In this document: positions 43,925 through 50,002 of the stretch, piece by piece
Numbering within the stretch: position 1 is the stretch's first letter
How the letters are laid out: each line of letters begins with the position of its first letter
Assembly: GCA_964016885.1 (NCBI GenBank)
Contig: CAXHJY010000925.1
Coordinates: forward strand, 1-50,002
Length of the DNA stretch: 50,002 nt
Reading direction: 5' to 3'
Source of the DNA: Eledone cirrhosa
Taxonomy: Eukaryota
Made by a program: the position numbers and the translations under genes
The notes under the pieces: model-generated
The model's database searches: none
What the model was told of the DNA's origin: nothing
The model's input: the letters and a program-made list of their open reading frames with translations, nothing else

Positions 43925-44940
43925 TTAAAGAAAGCCTGCATGGTTAAGTCTTTAGATTAGGAATTCAAAATAGAGGCTGCAGAGGACAGATACAGTGGAA
44001 AATACAACAAAAAAATGGAGATTCCTATCTCCACAATCAACCTCTGGAAACGACTGTTGATTCGGTATATCTCAGGTTGAGTATATTATTACACAAATAC
44101 GATGAAAAGGTATCCCTAGTACGTCGACTGACAATGAAGAGAGAGAACGATGAGCGAAAGCTTAGCCAAAGGAGGAAAGACAGAAAGAGGAGAAATAGAA
44201 ACACAGAAAATAAGACGACTATTTGGCATTCATGCATTTCTACATCCTAAAATTGTATATATTTATACACGCCATCTCGATCATCACTATTATGTAAATA
44301 TACACACACGCACACACATTATCATATAAAGAATTTATTGAATATATATAATGATTAAGTTTTGCTTTAATCCGACACTCTCCAAATTTATTAGGGGAAA
44401 GAAATTATATTTATAAAGACTAATTGAAATGGAAGAAGATAAGAAATTTTATATGAGAAGCTGTTTGAAATGAAATTGCTTATTGCCAGTAAACACGGTC
44501 TTTGAATGGAAGGTCATGGAAGGAGGATATCGAATTAAAATATATGAGACGAGTGTTGAGCAATTGTGTTTATGGGTTTACTAGGGATATACTTGGGTGT
44601 GGTTGGTGTGCAACTAGAGTTATCCGAAATTTTAGCAGTTAAAATCAATGATATGAATTCGAATCCCGATTTTTTTTTATAATTAACCAACTGACCCGTT
44701 GGTGAATATCATATTCCCGTGTTTGTATTTGTGTGTGTGGTTTTGGGATGGGGAGGGGTTAAATCGATCGGAATTGCTCTAATATATTTTTGCTTACAAT
44801 TAATAAACTTGATTGATTTTTCAATATCATATACATCCCTGTTTGATTAAATCTGTGAAAGTACATAGTTACATACACGTACCATCCTATACATTTATAC
44901 ACACAGGCGCTTATATATAAATACATACATATATATCTTG

Positions 44941-44999
<59 letters not shown>

Positions 45000-45046
45000 A
45001 CACAGTGATATTAAATAAATGGAAACTATATTTATCAAACCATATG

Positions 45047-45108
45047 TATTCTATTATATATATTTCAAGGGTACCAAAAACTTTGCTACGCTTTCATCAG
45101 ATAAAATA
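45047..45108 (-). ncRNA. Minimal type I hammerhead ribozyme, canonical core (family A)
   Basis: Exact reverse complement of 45225-45286. Confidence 0.85.
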
Positions 45109-45224
45109 CAAAGGAAAACATACCTTATCAGTTGAATATTGAATATAAGTTGACTACCCAAGGAATATTCAACTGATAAGGTATGTTTTCCTTGGCTATG
45201 TCAAAATTTATAAAACGCTCTTTG

Positions 45225-45286
45225 TATTTTATCTGATGAAAGCGTAGCAAAGTTTTTGGTACCCTTGAAATATATATAATAGAATA
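45225..45286 (+). ncRNA. Minimal type I hammerhead ribozyme, canonical core (family A)
   Basis: UAUUUUAU CUGAUGA AAGcGUAgCAAA-guu-UUUGgUACcCUU GAAA UAUAUA UA| AUAGAAUA; palindromic stem III AUAUAUAU. Confidence 0.87.
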
Positions 45287-45366
45287 AATATGGTTTCATA
45301 AATATAGTTTCCATTTATTCAATATCATTGAATATTTACTCCAAAATCTATCGAGTGCTCTGAATC

Positions 45367-45566
45367 ACGTTTTTTGAAATATCCACTTCTGCGTTTACAG
45401 ATTGACTTTGTTAGTTTCAGAAGATCCCGTTAAGGGTGAAAGCAGCGATTCTTTGCTTAAACTTTAATCTGTTATTTAATAAATATTTGCTCTACGGTTC
45501 TTATATATTTGATATATATTTATCCTTATCGAGCCCTCTTTGGATTTTAGTCTTCAAATTTATTAC

Positions 45567-45570
<4 letters not shown>
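45367..45570 (+). mobile_element. Second copy of family B terminal segment, with CAGAAGA hammerhead-like motif at 45413-45463
   Basis: Only a few differences from 33952-34160; ends in (AT)n. Confidence 0.85.
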
Positions 45571-45598
<28 letters not shown>

Positions 45599-46321
45599 AT
45601 TAAGAATACTGCGGCGATTGTAGGTTTCTGAAAATACAATTCGAGCTTTCATTCTATATACATCACAGGCGATAGAATGAAATTAGGGTGTATCAAATCC
45701 CATAACAGAGGGGAAAATAAATATTCGCACATGTGAGTATTTCTCCCACTTATTAAAATATTTTCTATAGCTAATATACAGTAACAGTTTCTAATTTTAT
45801 TTTCAAAAAATTTCAATCTCCAATTTATTCTAATTCAAACGAGTTAATATATTTATCGTAATTATATTATACTTTCTAAAATAGGGTGTGTGAGTTGCTA
45901 TAATCTGCGGAGTACATATATGTCGAATATATCAGGAGTTGTGTCCATTCTTAAGCATACGTATATGTATTCCCATTTGTTTCATTTATAAAGGTTCATA
46001 TCTCCCTATATAAGTCTATTTAATATAATCAATATTCGGTGAAAGCTTCAAATCTTATTTCTCTCTCTCTCTATGTATATATATATATATATATATATAT
46101 ACCCAAATTATTTTATCCCTTTGGTATTCGTCGTTGTTGTTATACTCTATGGCAACAAATACCGAGTTCATACAATATTCATTGGCTTTCCATCTTATAA
46201 ATTAATGTTTTCACTCCGATGAAGATATTAATTCATTCGTTACATCATGGAGTGCTTTAGTACGGTCTGAAATAACTTGACTGCCATATTGCAGCTTCAG
46301 CTTTCATGTATATATATATAT

Positions 46322-46506
46322 GAACAGAGTCAGGACTCCGACGGCAGAGCTCAAGTCGTTTCGACGGCTATTTCTGGACTCAATTAGAAACGGCTTGAGC
46401 TCTGCCGCCGGGGTCCTGACACTTTTCCTATTACCCACTCTACTATTACCCAAAGTAAAGAGTACTCTGGTGCGTTATGGTCCACGTGGTTCCTTAACAC
46501 ACTTCC
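46322..46506 (+). mobile_element. Fold-back element family C, second copy
   Basis: gtcaggactccgacggcagagctcaagtcgtttc / gaaacggcttgagctctgccgccggggtcctgac palindrome; tail homologous to 11564-11636. Confidence 0.78.
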
Positions 46507-46510
46507 TTCG

Positions 46511-46544
<34 letters not shown>

Positions 46545-49349
46545 AATTGAGGGTTTTTGTAAAATACGCTTGTCTACTACAAATTTATCCAAACGTAGTC
46601 CCTCCTGTGGCGTCTCGAGATACGCAATCTTTGTGCGTCCATCCCACGCCTAACAGGACAGGGTGTATCTCAAATGCTTTCTACGTTGGATTTTATATGA
46701 GGAGGAAATGATTAGATAACATTCATGCATTTCACGTTGGCCTTAGCGAAGCAATGTTATATTTAGTCAACATAAAAAGAAAACAAGATTTCAATGGTAC
46801 TATGCACTGAAGCAAATAATATTTTGTTTTTAAATGATCATTCAACCTGGAAAAATTAGGTTCTCCACATTCCCCCCAAATAACACCATAAAAAGGTAGA
46901 ATGGTTGTAGATTGACGTTTTATAATTATAATTCTGCTGAATCACTGCCCGACCTGGGGATTAAAAAGCAATAACAACAGTGATAACCGTATGCTTGCAT
47001 TTTTAGTTACATTTTCTTTGCATCATTATAACTCCCAGTTGACATGTTGTCGTAGATGTTCATTAGAGTGGAAAGGGCATTAAATACTTAAAAAAATATT
47101 TGATTGAATGTAATTCATTATTATGACACACTTGTTCTTTCAAAGATTTCTATGGTGATGATGATGTTGAAGGCAGCGTTGGTGTGGTAGAGGTGTCAGT
47201 ACGTAGTGTTGCGATGATGGTGGTGCTGGTAGTGGTAACGGTGGGTTGGTGATAGTCAATGTGGTAGCAATATTTTTGTTAAATAGTAACGTTTTACATT
47301 TTAAACGATTCTAGCGCTAATACAAAATGTGTCCGTTTGAGAAGAAAACCAGTTGAGATGTACTGGAATCAGCATATGTATAACAACAACAACAATACTA
47401 CTAATAATAATAATAACAGCAATAATAACAATATCATTATTATTATTTCATTATTTATTTACATATTTGTTTATTTACATATTGATTCATTTATTGATTC
47501 AAATGGTTTTTGCATAATTTTTGTTTTCTTTCCAAATACCCAAGAAAAGAGAAAAAAAAAGAAATATACCATAAAAAATAAAAACAAAACAAAACAAATA
47601 AGTAACTTGAAATGACTAAACTTTATTCAAGTCATTTTTCTTTCTTTTCTTAACACAGCTCCTCACATGTTAAATTCTAATAATATAAAAGCAACTTTTA
47701 GATGGTAATCTCATGCATTGTGAACGGAATGCATCTCAATTATTAAGTATTGGTTAATACAGCACACATGTAGTGCTTATATAACTATTCTGATAAATCA
47801 ATGTTTCACATAGAGGTCTTAAGAAAATATAACAAAATTCATTTGTGGCAAATTATAATTTTCTACTTTATTAAATAGGTTCCCTTCTTCAAAGAAAGAT
47901 AATAGTAATGTACTTTAGTAGTGCACACCCAAACATAGTATTATGTAGATATTTTACGGTATGGCAGATAATTCTTGGTACATCAGCTCTATTTTATGTT
48001 TGATGTGCAAAAATGGAAGAGTTAAATGTAAAGCGATTTCGGCGCCATTAATAATTAGGGACGCAAGTGCAGACAAAGCATAAAACACAGGTATACATAA
48101 GTGTGTAGATATGCACACACACACACACATATACCCACCCCCTCTACACACACACAGGACAGTATTTCGTAGTTCCAAATCATGTAGCTTCTACATATTT
48201 AGAGATAGATTTGTGAAAGCTGAATAGCTCAGTCATATAAAATTACAGAACCAGTGATTGTATTTCTAAAATTATATCTTCAAACTAAGAGCTATTATTT
48301 AAGATTAATATGGGTCGGAATGCTTATATCGTTATAATGACGACTGTCGCTCAGAAGTAATTATCAAGGAAATGCATGCTTGACGTTTAAAGTGAAGGTG
48401 ATTGAAAATAAAACCGATTTCATGATTGTGAATCAGATGAAGTTCCATAGTCAAGGGAAAATGGTTCCGTTAATAAAATATTCTAGAACTAATTATCATA
48501 AATGTGTATAAATCACACACATAAAAGTGTACAGCTTTGAAACGTATATAAAACAGTCATTAAAAAATATCTTTTGTCATAAATCGCGTGCGCCGTATTT
48601 ATGTAAGTCATAAATAATTGATAAAATAAATAGAGCGATTTGATTGTTTATGGACTTCTATCTATCTATCTATCTGTTTATCTATCTATAAATATATGAA
48701 ATAAGCTGATTTGTTTTCCTCTCTCCTGCCTCTTCTCGCCCGTTATATATATGTAATATATACACAACCATACACACACACACACATATATATAATACAA
48801 ATGTAAGTGTCCGTTTGCAGAAGATATTTCTCTAAATAACAAGGATGCCTATATTCTATCAACGTATAGAGTATCGTTTTGTAACTGTGATTACAGCTTC
48901 TTCCCAGTCACCGCTTGGGCGCGCGCGCAGAATCACACACACACACACACACAGGCAAATATATATATATGTTTATATATATATATATATATATATTTGA
49001 TATCTGTGTGTATATTTGTGTGAGTGAGTGTGTATATATATATATATATATATAAATACATAAACGGAGAAAGCTATTAGCGATACTCCGACCAATTTCC
49101 AACCCACTCAAAAAACATTAGGAAATACGGAGTATATTCTCAATTAAACGTTTGGGGTGCTAACTATATTGTATTGGGTGTATTATTTTATATGAGATAT
49201 ATTAGAGATCTTATTTCCCAAACGAATCGTTTCATTATAAGATTTCTACACGGTGGGTGAAATTATACCAAGTTATGTAGAAGCTTGTGTAAGATCAATG
49301 GATTCTTATTCAAGTGGGCTCTTATAAATCTTTATATATATATATATGT

Positions 49350-49963
49350 ATACATGGTGGCTGCCAACTCCTTTTCGAGTACGGCTACTAAATTATATGT
49401 AGGAGAACCCCTACCGATGCGCTGAACGAATGTGAATTTTTAGTCCAGCCAGCGACTTGAAAACTCTGGTAGGTACAAACGCTACACTTGTGACAATTAT
49501 TGACACATAGTGCTGGGCCCATGGTACGATGTGATGACAAGTGCAGAGAGATCTCCAGATATAAAGCAATGCCTGTGCCGTGAAGCTTTTATAGTGAGCA
49601 AAGGCACTGCACAAAGCCAGTCCCACTCTCTTAACCAAGATGATATTTACCAAAAAGAAGAACAAGTCAACATCATTGGATACCATCAGGGTTGCAGGTG
49701 TTATATCAGAGTTTTCCTTCTCCTAGAATTCTGCCTTGACAAAGGCTAAGGGGTCATCTCTCCCGGTGATTTTGGAGGGCCATTGACTCTTAAGAGCTCC
49801 TTTGCCCTTTGACAGGTTATGTTTTTAGTCCTGCAGGATGTCCAAAGTCACCCTCCTCACCAAGAAACCTTGGTGGGGTTGCCAGTTTAGTCGCCAACGA
49901 CTCGACCATGAGACAGGTTGTACTGGGATACATGTTACCAGTAGCACCAACTGGTGACCTGAC
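49350..49963 (-). mobile_element. Internally deleted non-autonomous RTE-like retroelement
   Basis: RTE-type 5' UTR motif ctaggagaaggaaaactctga joined to ORF end CSVC(T)RVFKSLAGLKIHIRSAHR* (C2H2 finger with a 4-nt tacc duplication), short 3' UTR, then (AT)n; similar microsatellite flank at the 5' end. Confidence 0.7.
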
Positions 49964-50002
49964 ATAATATATATATATATACATACACACACAATGGACT
50001 AT

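Larger units (their letters stand above)
45003..45365 (+). mobile_element. Fold-back PLE-type element family A with nested inverted repeats and two intact hammerheads
   Basis: 45003-45113 is inverted to 45220-45330; inner 45113-45140 is inverted to 45164-45191; short tail; left flank is (AT)n. Confidence 0.87.

Noticed and set aside
44145-44170. acgatgagcgaaagctt minimal-HHR-like string
   Set aside because: Lacks C3-U4, stem II and stem I pairing.
45164-45215. Inner-arm ctgataaggtatg as a third HHR in family A
   Set aside because: CUGAUAA is non-canonical and there is no matching GAAA or stem I partner.
46210-46285. ccgatgaaga...tctgaaataactt candidate
   Set aside because: Core mismatch and no consistent stems I and III.
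49510-49749. 79-aa plus-strand ORF as a host exon
   Set aside because: Antisense to the RTE-like 5' UTR; no recognisable domain.

Overview
Eukaryotic, very AT-rich, microsatellite-saturated non-coding DNA. The SINE families and repeat style suggest an octopus/cephalopod genome (inference). No host exon is supportable, and nearly all listed ORFs are translations of (AT)n/(AC)n/(ATAC)n/(GTA)n tracts. The real content is retroelement debris: many tRNA-derived SINEs, an R4/Dong-type (RLE endonuclease) LINE 3' fragment, an internally deleted RTE-like element with a possible HDV-like ribozyme remnant, and a set of short, often fold-back elements sitting in (AT)n tracts. These short elements carry type I hammerhead ribozyme (HHR) motifs from at least six sequence families. 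One is physically linked to a GIY-YIG endonuclease C-terminus, which identifies it as a Penelope-like element (PLE); the others are inferred to be PLE-derived. Three HHR copies have fully canonical cores (40503-40572, 45047-45108, 45225-45286). Others show recurrent core variants (extra G after A9; CAGAAGA) or decay. All folds were done by eye and need computational and biochemical confirmation.
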